64,000 nt of DNA, from the NCBI GenBank assembly GCA_963773035.1, contig CAVYZX010000009.1, positions 290,695 through 354,694 on the forward strand, written 5' to 3'. Both the position numbers and the translations under genes were made by a program. This document shows, piece after piece, positions 43,015 through 51,160 of the stretch. Below the pieces are notes generated by a model. The model made no database searches, had not been told where the DNA came from, and worked only from the letters and a program-made list of their open reading frames with translations. Each line of letters begins with the position of its first letter. Positions within the stretch are counted from its first letter, which is position 1. Origin of the DNA: an uncultured Acidobacteriota bacterium. Its GTDB lineage: Bacteria; Acidobacteriota; Vicinamibacteria; Vicinamibacterales; CAVVIG01.

Positions 43015-44220
43015 TCATAGCTTTGCCTCCAGCCTGAGCTCGCGGGCGGCCTCCGCGATAGTCATGGTGACAGGCTTGCCCGACCGCCGTCGGATGGCGA
43101 CCGTTCCATCCTGCTCGTCCCGTGCCCCAACAGCGGCGAATACCGGGATGCCGCTTTCGAACGCGTCAACGACTCGACGTGACAGCGTCTCGGCGCGATC
43201 GTCCAGCACGGTGCGCAGACCGTCGCGTCCGAATACGGCGGCGACCTTCCTGGCGTACTCGATCTGAGAGTCGCTGACCGACGCCACCACCACCTGCTCC
43301 GGGGCGAGCCACAGTGGCAGGTCACCGCGATGATGCTCGAGCAAGATGGCTGCGAACCTCTCCAGGCTCCCGAGGATCGCGTGATGGATCATCACCGGCC
43401 GTACTCTGTGGCTCTCGTGATCGACGTACTTGGCATCGAGACGCTCCGGGAGCACGAAGTCGAGCTGGAGGGTGCCGCATTGCCACTCACGCTCGTGGCT
43501 GTCGCGCAGCAGAAATTCCAGCTTCGGACCATAGAAGGCGCCTTCGCCTGGCTGAACTGAATAGTCGAGCCCCGATGCCTTCGCCGCAGATTCGAGTGCG
43601 GCCTCGGCACGATCCCACACGGCGTCCGAGCCGGCTCGCGCGAGCGGCCGAGTCGAGAGTTTCACGGCGTAATCGGAAAATCCAAAATCCAGGTAGATGG
43701 CCTTGAGAAGCGCACAGAAACGATGAACCTCCTCGTCGATTTGATCGACGCGGCAAAAGATGTGTGCATCGTCTTGCTCGAACGCGCGAGTCCGCATCAA
43801 ACCCGAGAGCGCGCCAGACGGCTCGTTTCGGTGACATGCGCCGAGCTCGCATAAACGAAGCGGCAAGTCCCGATAGGAGCGAACCCGCTTGTTGAAGATC
43901 TGCATGTGCCCCGGACAGCTCATGGGCTTCAGCGCCAGGACGCGCTCGCCATCGTCCACCATGAACATGTTCTGGCCGAATTTTTCGAGATGGCCGCTGC
44001 GCTCCCAGAGAGAGCGGGCGAGCAGCTGGGGCGTACGCACCTCGTGGAATCCGGCACGACGCATATGTTGGTAGATGTAGTTCTCGAGCACCCGATACAA
44101 GACCGCCCCTCGAGGGTGCCAGAACACCATGCCGGGCGCGTCTTCCTGCTGATGAAAGAGATCGAGTCGATTGCCGAGTGCTCTGTGGTCGTGCCTGTTG
44201 TCCCTGTTGTCGTTGTCCAT
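43015..44220 (-). CDS. thrS: Threonine-tRNA ligase, short form (catalytic and anticodon-binding domains only, 401 aa)
   Basis: DHRALG..LDLF, PG.VFWHPRG, LWERSGH, KPMSCPGH, RSYRDLPLR, HRNE, QDDAH, GAFYGPK, WQCGTLQLDF and GSLERF; GGAGG RBS. Confidence 0.95.
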   Translation of the reverse strand: MDNDNRDNRHDHRALGNRLDLFHQQEDAPGMVFWHPRGAVLYRVLENYIYQHMRRAGFHEVRTPQLLARSLWERSGHLEKFGQNMFMVDDGERVLALKPMSCPGHMQIFNKRVRSYRDLPLRLCELGACHRNEPSGALSGLMRTRAFEQDDAHIFCRVDQIDEEVHRFCALLKAIYLDFGFSDYAVKLSTRPLARAGSDAVWDRAEAALESAAKASGLDYSVQPGEGAFYGPKLEFLLRDSHEREWQCGTLQLDFVLPERLDAKYVDHESHRVRPVMIHHAILGSLERFAAILLEHHRGDLPLWLAPEQVVVASVSDSQIEYARKVAAVFGRDGLRTVLDDRAETLSRRVVDAFESGIPVFAAVGARDEQDGTVAIRRRSGKPVTMTIAEAARELRLEAKL

Positions 44221-44259
44221 TGACGTCCTCCAGTCGTGAGTGCCGGACGGAGGAGGCCC

Positions 44260-44296
44260 AAAATAAAAAAGGCCCCACCGTTTCCGGCGGGGCCTT
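44260..44296 (-). terminator. Intrinsic terminator of the thrS attenuator
   Basis: Minus strand AAGGCCCCGCCG-GAAA-CGGTGGGGCCTT followed by TTTTATTTT. Confidence 0.9.
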
Positions 44297-44318
44297 GGTC
44301 GGTCGGCTTCTTTCGGGC

Positions 44319-44396
44319 TCAGTGCAGGACGACCTCCATGGCTCGCCGGGTGCGAGTCGTCGTGGTGGTCGTGGTGAACGCGTGTGAATGGGCCAT
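44319..44396 (-). CDS. Thr-rich attenuator leader peptide MAHSHAFTTTTTTTRTRRAMEVVLH
   Basis: Seven consecutive Thr codons (44375-44355) plus an eighth; stop 22 nt before the terminator stem; alternative ATG at 44411. Confidence 0.88.
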   Translation of the reverse strand: MAHSHAFTTTTTTTRTRRAMEVVLH

Positions 44397-44409
44397 GTGC
44401 GACAAATCC

Positions 44410-44415
44410 ATTATA
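44410..44415 (-). promoter_or_regulatory. Candidate -10 box for the thrS leader
   Basis: Perfect TATAAT on the minus strand 13 nt upstream of the leader ATG; no convincing -35. Confidence 0.45.
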
Positions 44416-44422
44416 GACGCAG

Positions 44423-45067
44423 TCAGGCGAAGATCTTCTTCCCTTGCAGCACGGCCTCGGTGATGAGGAGCGGCACCGCCCAGCAGAACCAGCTTGCGGC
44501 GGCGAGTTGCTCCTGCAGCGTTCCAACCTGTGCCGCCTGCAGGGTGCCCGCGAAGATCCGGAACGAGACGAACGCAAATGTCACGACGTAGCTGCGGATC
44601 ATCCACTCCTGATGCTGATGAATCAGCCCGCGGCGCACCGCGGCAAATGCCAGGCCCGTTGTGACAAGCCACGCAATCGCCAACCCTGTGAGGCCAGCGC
44701 CGAACACCCAACCCAGATCCGTATGGGCGGCCAGATAAAACGCTGCCACAGAACTCACCGCGATGGCCGCCATGTAGATGGTCCCGAGCGTGCGGTGAAG
44801 GGCTAACCGTTTCCGATTGAGCCCCAACCATAACTGTCCAGGTCCCGTGAGCAGGGCAATGACGCCGCCGCCGACGTGGAGAAGCAGCCAGCCGCGGCGC
44901 GGCCAATAGAAGCTAAACACCTCTTCATTAATGGCCAGGAAGTAGCGAAGAGCAAAGAACGCGACAAAGGCCAGGGCAATGAGCATCGCGGTCGACAGCA
45001 GAACCGCGCTCGGCCAGCGCGGCAGGCGCGGCGCTTGCGAACGGTGCTGAACGCTCGCTACATCCAT
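44423..45067 (-). CDS. DUF2306-like membrane protein
   Basis: H..GG.IAL..GP.Q, LHRTLG.IY and HQEWMIRSY; GGAGG RBS. Confidence 0.85.
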   Translation of the reverse strand: MDVASVQHRSQAPRLPRWPSAVLLSTAMLIALAFVAFFALRYFLAINEEVFSFYWPRRGWLLLHVGGGVIALLTGPGQLWLGLNRKRLALHRTLGTIYMAAIAVSSVAAFYLAAHTDLGWVFGAGLTGLAIAWLVTTGLAFAAVRRGLIHQHQEWMIRSYVVTFAFVSFRIFAGTLQAAQVGTLQEQLAAASWFCWAVPLLITEAVLQGKKIFA

Positions 45068-45160
45068 GAGAGCCTCCTCCCTGGTTTCCAACGACGGGTC
45101 TGCCGAATTCGAACGCGAGCCTTGACTCGACCGATGACCGGGGCACGAGATCCGGTCAGC

Positions 45161-46201
45161 TCATCGGCCGACAGCCGGCGTCCAGCCGTCGCCCTGCCCG
45201 TAGGCAAACGTGATGAACGGAAACGCTTCGACCTCGTGGATCTTTCCCCCTCGAATTCCGAAGGTCTCCATGGTCACCATGTTCAGAATCATGCCCAGCC
45301 CTCGCTGCGGCGGCATGTCGGGCAGGTTCTTGATCTCGACTGGGCGGCGGGTGCCGTCTTCGATGAACAGGGGGAAAGCTGCGGCGATGCCCTTCTGCTC
45401 GTCGATGATCAGCACTCTCCGCGGATAGATCTTCTTGATGAAGGAAAAGACGCCGGTGTCGAGCTGGGCGGCGCAGGTCATCATGCTCAACTTGGAAAAG
45501 GCACGGCCGGCCGGCGTGCTCGTGTCCGGCAGCGCTGGTGACGGGGCCGCGCGCCCGGGCTGTTTGTTGTTGACGGTCTGATAGCCGTTCTCGTGCCGCA
45601 CGCAGTCGTCCGCGAACGCTGCAATGCTGCCATCGTCGCTGGTCAGCCCGTCGAAATACGAGTGCGCCGCCCAGAGCATGACTTCCCTGGACGTCCGATC
45701 TGCGGGTGACACGTCGGTCGCCAGGCCGGGCCTGGGGGTTTTTAACAGCTCGAGTGCTGCCGGTGCGACGTTCCGGTCGACCAGGTGCTCGACTTCGGTG
45801 ATATGACGGCGTTCCACCTTCAGTCTGATCACGGTCAACGCAGGACGTCCTTCGATGTTGAACAGGGACTGAATCGCCACCTGTCCTGTGACGGGATCGG
45901 CAGCGTGAATGACGAACGGCGTGGGCTCGACTCTCGCGCGCCACAGAATTCCCTCGCCGATCGATAGCCTTGCCGTATTCTCCGTATACCAGGTCTCTTC
46001 CGACGTCGGCACGCTGGCCGTGTCTTTTTTCACCAGCGAGTTGACGTAGTTGTCGATGATCTGGACGAGACAGGCCCGGTCGCACGGCTGGATCTTCGAT
46101 GCATCCCAAGGCTGCTTGTACCAAGGCTTCGAACCCGTTTGTGCGTGCACGCCGGGAATCAAAACCCCGATGGCGGCCGCCGTCAAAAGCAGCTTCTTCA
46201 T
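45161..46201 (-). CDS. Conserved secreted hypothetical protein
   Basis: AAGGAG RBS; signal peptide; CDRACL, YTEN, YFDGL, C.RHENG and ETF.IRGGKIHEVEA; possibly two NTF2-like halves. Confidence 0.8.
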   Translation of the reverse strand: MKKLLLTAAAIGVLIPGVHAQTGSKPWYKQPWDASKIQPCDRACLVQIIDNYVNSLVKKDTASVPTSEETWYTENTARLSIGEGILWRARVEPTPFVIHAADPVTGQVAIQSLFNIEGRPALTVIRLKVERRHITEVEHLVDRNVAPAALELLKTPRPGLATDVSPADRTSREVMLWAAHSYFDGLTSDDGSIAAFADDCVRHENGYQTVNNKQPGRAAPSPALPDTSTPAGRAFSKLSMMTCAAQLDTGVFSFIKKIYPRRVLIIDEQKGIAAAFPLFIEDGTRRPVEIKNLPDMPPQRGLGMILNMVTMETFGIRGGKIHEVEAFPFITFAYGQGDGWTPAVGR

Positions 46202-46223
46202 TGCTCTCCTTGCCGGAATCAGT

Positions 46224-46329
46224 GTGGCTTCCGGCTTCAGCCGGAAGATCAAAGCCCTCGGCTCTCTTCCGCCTAAAGGCGGAAGCCACATGACAACAAT
46301 TCACGCCTAGAAGGCGGAAGCCACATGAC
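46224..46329. repeat. REP doublet copy 2 with a duplicated right half
   Basis: Same arms as 42771-42840; AAGGCGGAAGCCACATGAC occurs twice. Confidence 0.85.
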
Positions 46330-46413
46330 GAGAAGTACCGGTTCGAAAGAATAGCGCGTCCCTGCGCGAACAACAATGCCGCAGGGCGCAATCCCCAGTA
46401 ACATTTGTTCCGC

Positions 46414-47328
46414 ATGCCGATCAGGATTGAATGCGTGCAGGAGTGCAGAAACCACCTCGGTGAAGGCCCGGTATGGGACGTCGACGAAGGCGCTCTGTAC
46501 TGGGTCGACGGAACGGGGCGACGCGTTGGCAATCCGTCGATCTGGCGCTTGAACCCTCGTACTGGCAAGGTCGATACCTGGTCGCTCGAGCACGACGTCG
46601 GCGCGCTGGCATTGCGCCAAGAAGGCGGAGCCGTCCTGGCGCTCGATGACGGCTTCTACTTTTTCGATTTCGTACGGGGGCAGCTCGAGCTTATTCAACT
46701 CATCGAGGCCGACCAGCCCCGGACGAGACTGAACGATGGCAAGTGCGATCGTCGGGGACGCTTCTTCGCGGGCGGAATGGACGACAAAGAGGAGCTGAAG
46801 ATTTGCGGGCTGTGGCGGCTCGACCGCGACCTGCGAGTGACGCGAGTCGATGAAGGCATTATTTGCACCAATGGGCCGTGCTGGAGTCCGGACGACAAGA
46901 CGTTCTATCTCGCCGACACTTTCCAGGGTGAGTACTGGGCGTACGATTACGACCTCGAAAGCGGCACGCTGAGCAACAAGCGGGTGTTTGCGTCTTTTCA
47001 GAACGATCCGGGAGTCGCGGACGGTTCAACCGTCGACGCCGAGGGGTGTTTGTGGAACGCACAGCTTATTTCCGGAGACCTGGTACGGTATGCGCCCGAC
47101 GGATGTGTTGAACGGCGCATCGGAATGCCTGTCCGCAACATCACGAGCGTGATGTTCGGTGGCGACAAGCTCGACGAGCTCTTCGTCACCTCCATGGCCC
47201 GTGTGAAGCACCCGGCGGTGCACGATCGCTTCGCCAAGGAAGTCGCGCCGCAGTTTCTGGCGGGCAGCCTCTTCCGGATAACGGGGCTCGGCATTAGAGG
47301 CTTGCCCGAGCCTCGATTCGCCGGCTGA
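46414..47328 (+). CDS. SMP-30/gluconolactonase/LRE family protein
   Basis: LGEGPVWD, RLNDG, NGPCWSPD, DG.TVDAEG and FGG..LDELFVTS. Confidence 0.93.
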   Translation: MPIRIECVQECRNHLGEGPVWDVDEGALYWVDGTGRRVGNPSIWRLNPRTGKVDTWSLEHDVGALALRQEGGAVLALDDGFYFFDFVRGQLELIQLIEADQPRTRLNDGKCDRRGRFFAGGMDDKEELKICGLWRLDRDLRVTRVDEGIICTNGPCWSPDDKTFYLADTFQGEYWAYDYDLESGTLSNKRVFASFQNDPGVADGSTVDAEGCLWNAQLISGDLVRYAPDGCVERRIGMPVRNITSVMFGGDKLDELFVTSMARVKHPAVHDRFAKEVAPQFLAGSLFRITGLGIRGLPEPRFAG

Positions 47329-47338
47329 AAGCAATGGA

Positions 47339-48271
47339 ATGAGCGAACAGCGCAAGGTCATCGTCACGTGCGCGATCACCGGGGCGATTCATACCCCGAC
47401 GATGTCCCGGCACCTGCCGATCACGCCAGCCGAGATTGCGGAGAGCGCGATCGACGCAGCGCGGGCCGGGGCGGCAATCGTGCACGTACACGTACGGCAA
47501 CCCGAGAACGGCCAACCGATCCAGGACACCGCCCTTTTCAGGGACTGCCTGTCGCGGATTGCGGCAGCTTCCGACGTCGTCATCAACATCACGACTGGCG
47601 GCTCTCAAACGATGACCGTCGAGGAGAGGCTTCAGCCGGCCCTCACACTTCAGCCCGAGCTTGCGTCACTGAACATGGGAACGATGAATTTCGGGCTCTA
47701 CGACATGATCCCGCGCTACAAGACGTGGCACTGGGACTGGGAAAAGTCATATCTTGCAGGCAGCGAAGCTGGAATGTTCAAGAACACGTTCAAGGACATT
47801 TCGAACATCCTGGAGAAGTGCAGCGGGCATGGCACGCGATTCGAGTTGGAGTGCTACGACATCGGCCACCTCTACACCGCGGCCCACTTCCTGGATCGCA
47901 AGCTCGTGCAGCCGCCTCTCTTTATTCAATCGGTCTTCGGCATTCGGGGAGGCATCGGACCTCATCCCGAGGACGTTCTTCATATGAAGCGCACGGCCGA
48001 CCGGCTGTTCGGCGGCGCCTATCAATGGTCGGTGGTCGGGGCCGGTCGCAATCAGATGTTCGTCGCGGTGCAATCGGCGGTGCTCGGTGGCAACGTCCGA
48101 GTCGGCCTCGAAGACAGCCTCTGGATCGGCAAGGGGCAGCTCGCGACATCCAACAGCGAGCAGGTCGAGAAGATCAGGCGGTTGCTGGAAGAGCTCGGGC
48201 TTGAGATCGCAACTCCCGCCGATGCGCGGCAGGTTCTCGGACTCAAGGGCAGGCAGCACGTGTGCTTCTAG
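47339..48271 (+). CDS. Beta-keto acid cleavage enzyme family (DUF849/Kce)
   Basis: IVTCAITG.IHTP, HVHVR, ITTGG, ASLNMG and RVGLED. Confidence 0.93.
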   Translation: MSEQRKVIVTCAITGAIHTPTMSRHLPITPAEIAESAIDAARAGAAIVHVHVRQPENGQPIQDTALFRDCLSRIAAASDVVINITTGGSQTMTVEERLQPALTLQPELASLNMGTMNFGLYDMIPRYKTWHWDWEKSYLAGSEAGMFKNTFKDISNILEKCSGHGTRFELECYDIGHLYTAAHFLDRKLVQPPLFIQSVFGIRGGIGPHPEDVLHMKRTADRLFGGAYQWSVVGAGRNQMFVAVQSAVLGGNVRVGLEDSLWIGKGQLATSNSEQVEKIRRLLEELGLEIATPADARQVLGLKGRQHVCF

Positions 48272-48280
48272 CCTGTCGAA

Positions 48281-49594
48281 TTGAAAGACGTGGTTCAACA
48301 GCGCCGCATCGTCATCACGAGTTGGGGATCGTATGGGGATGTCTTTCCCTACGTCGGCATCGCCCGGGTCTTGGCCCAGCGTGGTCATCGTCCGGTGCTT
48401 GCCATGCCCGAGTTTTATCGCCAAACAATCGAACGCGAAGGCCTCGAGTTCTCGCCGGTCGGGCCGGACGTCGATCCCAACGATCGAGCGACTGTCGCCC
48501 GGATCATGGATCCGCGAAGGGGCACCGAGGCCATTCTGCGGGACCTGTTGATGCCGGCGCTGCGTGACAGCTACGAGCAGTTGAGGGCAGCCGCGCGTGG
48601 CGCGGACATGTTGGTCAGCCATCCGGTGACGTTTGCCGCGCCCGTCCTTGCAGATAAGATGAGCCTGCCGTGGGTGTCCACTGTCTTGGCGCCCATCTCG
48701 TTCTTCTCGACGACCGATCTTCCCGCATTTCCGCCCGCTCCTCGTCTCGTGCACCTCCGTCGGCTGGGTCCAGGGTTCGGCCGTCTCATGGTCGGCCTGG
48801 TCCGCCGCGTGACCCGGTCGTGGATGGAGCCGGTCTACGAGCTGCGTCGCGATGTCGGACTTGCTCGAGGGGGCGATCCGATCTACGAAGGCCAGTTTTC
48901 GCCAGCACTCACGCTCGCGTTGTTTTCACGCCTGTTGGCCGCACCGCAACCCGACTGGCCCCGTAACGTTCGCACGACTGGATTCGTTTTCTACAACGGC
49001 CCCGACGCCGCGCTCGATGCCGAAGTCGAAGCCTTCCTCGGCGAAGGACCGCCTCCCGTCGTCTTTACTCTGGGCACATCGGCGGTCGCGAATGCGGGAC
49101 GCTTCTATCATGAGAGCGTCGAGGCCGCCAGACGTCTGGGCCTGCGCGCGATCCTGCTGACCGGCGGTTTTTCCGAGAACATGCCCGATCTTCAACAGTC
49201 GCGCGACGTCCTGGCCGTGGACCGTGCGCCACACCAGCTGCTCTTTCCGCGGGGGGCCGCGTCCGTTCATCAGGGAGGCATTGGAACCACAGGCCAGGCA
49301 CTTCGTGCCGGCCACCCGATGCTGATCGTGCCTCATGCTCACGATCAACCCGACAACGCTTTCCGTGTAACCAATATCGGCGTGTCGCGGACGGTTTTTC
49401 CCGGCGGCTACAAAGCGGCGCGTGTTGCCCGTGAGCTCGAGCGACTGTTGATCGATCCGCGATACCAAGCGCGGGCCAAAGAAGTCGCGTCTGTCGTGAG
49501 TGCCGAAGGCGGAGCCGAGGCGGCCGCTGATGCATTGGAGCAGCTCATGGATGGCCGGGCGGACGTTATGTCGGTTGCCGTTGGTAGTAGGTAG
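48281..49594 (+). CDS. GT1 family glycosyltransferase (RhlB/sterol-GT-like)
   Basis: GSYGDVFP, VFTLGTS, HQGGIGTT and HDQPDNA. Start uncertain. Confidence 0.9.
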   Translation: MKDVVQQRRIVITSWGSYGDVFPYVGIARVLAQRGHRPVLAMPEFYRQTIEREGLEFSPVGPDVDPNDRATVARIMDPRRGTEAILRDLLMPALRDSYEQLRAAARGADMLVSHPVTFAAPVLADKMSLPWVSTVLAPISFFSTTDLPAFPPAPRLVHLRRLGPGFGRLMVGLVRRVTRSWMEPVYELRRDVGLARGGDPIYEGQFSPALTLALFSRLLAAPQPDWPRNVRTTGFVFYNGPDAALDAEVEAFLGEGPPPVVFTLGTSAVANAGRFYHESVEAARRLGLRAILLTGGFSENMPDLQQSRDVLAVDRAPHQLLFPRGAASVHQGGIGTTGQALRAGHPMLIVPHAHDQPDNAFRVTNIGVSRTVFPGGYKAARVARELERLLIDPRYQARAKEVASVVSAEGGAEAAADALEQLMDGRADVMSVAVGSR

Positions 49595-49646
49595 CGCTTT
49601 AGCGGAGCGCAGTACGCTGCTATTTGCCTGAACAAGGAGGTCATGA

Positions 49647-50198
49647 ATGATGCGGACGCTTGCCATTGCTGTCATGTGCTGTGCCGTTTACGCGACTAGC
49701 TCGCTCGTGGGATTGGCGGGCCAGACTCAGTCCGGCGGCCGGTCCGTTGAAGCCAGGCTACGAGCCCTCGAGGACAAAGAAGCAATCCACGGGCTGATGA
49801 TGACCTACGGTCGCACGTTGGACGCGCGTGATTTCGCAGGATTCGAGCAGCTCTGGGCCCGGGAGAGCGAGTTCGTTGGCGGACCCGGTGGCGCTGCGAA
49901 AGGGCCGGCAGCTACACGGGCGTTGCTGGAGAGCCTGCTGAAAGCCAACGCCGCGCCTGAGCCCGGCCGGGACTTCCATCTGTTCTCGAACGAGACCATC
50001 GATGTCCAGGGCGACAGGGCCACGGCATTGAGCAAGGGCGCGTTTGTCGTCAGGGGCCAGAACAACCGCCTCGAAACGACGATTCTTGCGAATTACCACG
50101 ATCAATTTGTTCGTGAAGATGGTCGTTGGAAGTTCAACCGGCGCCAGATTGGCGACAGCCCTGCCCCTGCGGTCGCACCTCGCGCAGACCAGCGTTAG
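49647..50198 (+). CDS. Secreted NTF2/SnoaL-like protein
   Basis: AAGGAGG RBS; RL.ALEDKEAI..L...YG..LD and Y.D.FVREDGRWKF..R. Confidence 0.85.
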   Translation: MMRTLAIAVMCCAVYATSSLVGLAGQTQSGGRSVEARLRALEDKEAIHGLMMTYGRTLDARDFAGFEQLWARESEFVGGPGGAAKGPAATRALLESLLKANAAPEPGRDFHLFSNETIDVQGDRATALSKGAFVVRGQNNRLETTILANYHDQFVREDGRWKFNRRQIGDSPAPAVAPRADQR

Positions 50199-51160
50199 TC
50201 GCGCGTGCAGTTGCGGCCGGATTCCTTCGCGCGGTAAAGGGCCTCATCGGCTCGTTGCACCAACGCCGCGAGCGATTCGTTGCGCGTCGCCGTGGCCACG
50301 CCAATCGATACGGTGATCTGCGTCACGTTGTCGCGCTTACCCTCGGCCCCATTGGCCTGAATCGCCAGACGCAGGCGTTCGGCGACCTGGAGCGCTTGTG
50401 GTTGCCCGAGTCCCGGCAACAGGACCGCGAACTCCTCACCGCCATACCGCGCCAGCGAATCCTGCGGTCGAAGGCCGGTCGCCAGTGTGTGCGCCACCCG
50501 ACGAAGCACGGCGTCGCCGGCGGGGTGACCGTAAGTGTCGTTGACCTGTTTGAAACGATCGATGTCGATCATCAACAGCGAGAGTGGCTGGTTCGCCCGT
50601 GCGGCCCGCGACAGCTGTCGGGCGAACGCGTCGTCGAGCCAGCGTCGATTGCGCAGGCCGGTCAAGCTGTCGACGGTGACCAAGCGTTGGAGCTGCCGAT
50701 GTTCACGGCCGGACTCGCCCAGCGCCGCGTCGTCGGCCCGAACGCGTCCAGCCAGGATACCAAGAAGATTGCGCGCCACCTCGGCTGATGAATCGATCAG
50801 CGACCACAGCCGCTCGCGATCGAGTGCCAGCACGAGCGTCTGGGCGTCCGCCACCACATCGGCCGACACCTGTTGGCCGTCGAGGAACGACAGCTCGCCA
50901 ACGCATTCGCCGGCGCCCAGCCGGACGTGAGGTTCATCGACGCCGGGTACACGCACGCTGACCTGGCCGGAGAGGATGATGTACAGAACGTCGTTTTCGG
51001 TTCCGGCGCGTAACAGCGTTTCTGTGGCGGAGAGCTGGCGCGTCTGGCAGCCCCTTAGTGCCGCAACTACCAGCTCCTCGGGCACGTTCCGGAAGAGTCG
51101 CGCGCGGAGAAGCCCCTCCTGCAGGTCGCCCGTGCAATCGTGAAGGAATTGGCTAGGCAA
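50195..51160 (-). CDS. Diguanylate cyclase with N-terminal cNMP-binding-like domain
   Basis: GECVGELSFLDG, DSLTGL.NRR, IDIDRFK.VND.YGH..GD, RPQD I-site and GGEEF. Start uncertain (TTG 51160 or 51181). Confidence 0.92.
   Translation of the reverse strand: MPSQFLHDCTGDLQEGLLRARLFRNVPEELVVAALRGCQTRQLSATETLLRAGTENDVLYIILSGQVSVRVPGVDEPHVRLGAGECVGELSFLDGQQVSADVVADAQTLVLALDRERLWSLIDSSAEVARNLLGILAGRVRADDAALGESGREHRQLQRLVTVDSLTGLRNRRWLDDAFARQLSRAARANQPLSLLMIDIDRFKQVNDTYGHPAGDAVLRRVAHTLATGLRPQDSLARYGGEEFAVLLPGLGQPQALQVAERLRLAIQANGAEGKRDNVTQITVSIGVATATRNESLAALVQRADEALYRAKESGRNCTRD

Noticed and set aside
44221-44420. T-box riboswitch upstream of thrS
   Set aside because: No AGGGTGGNACCGCG-like T-box motif and too little room for stem I; the leader peptide explains the region.
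43015-44577. 520-aa ORF call for thrS
   Set aside because: The extra N-terminal part runs through the upstream gene, the leader and the terminator and has no ThrRS similarity; the RBS supports ATG 44220.
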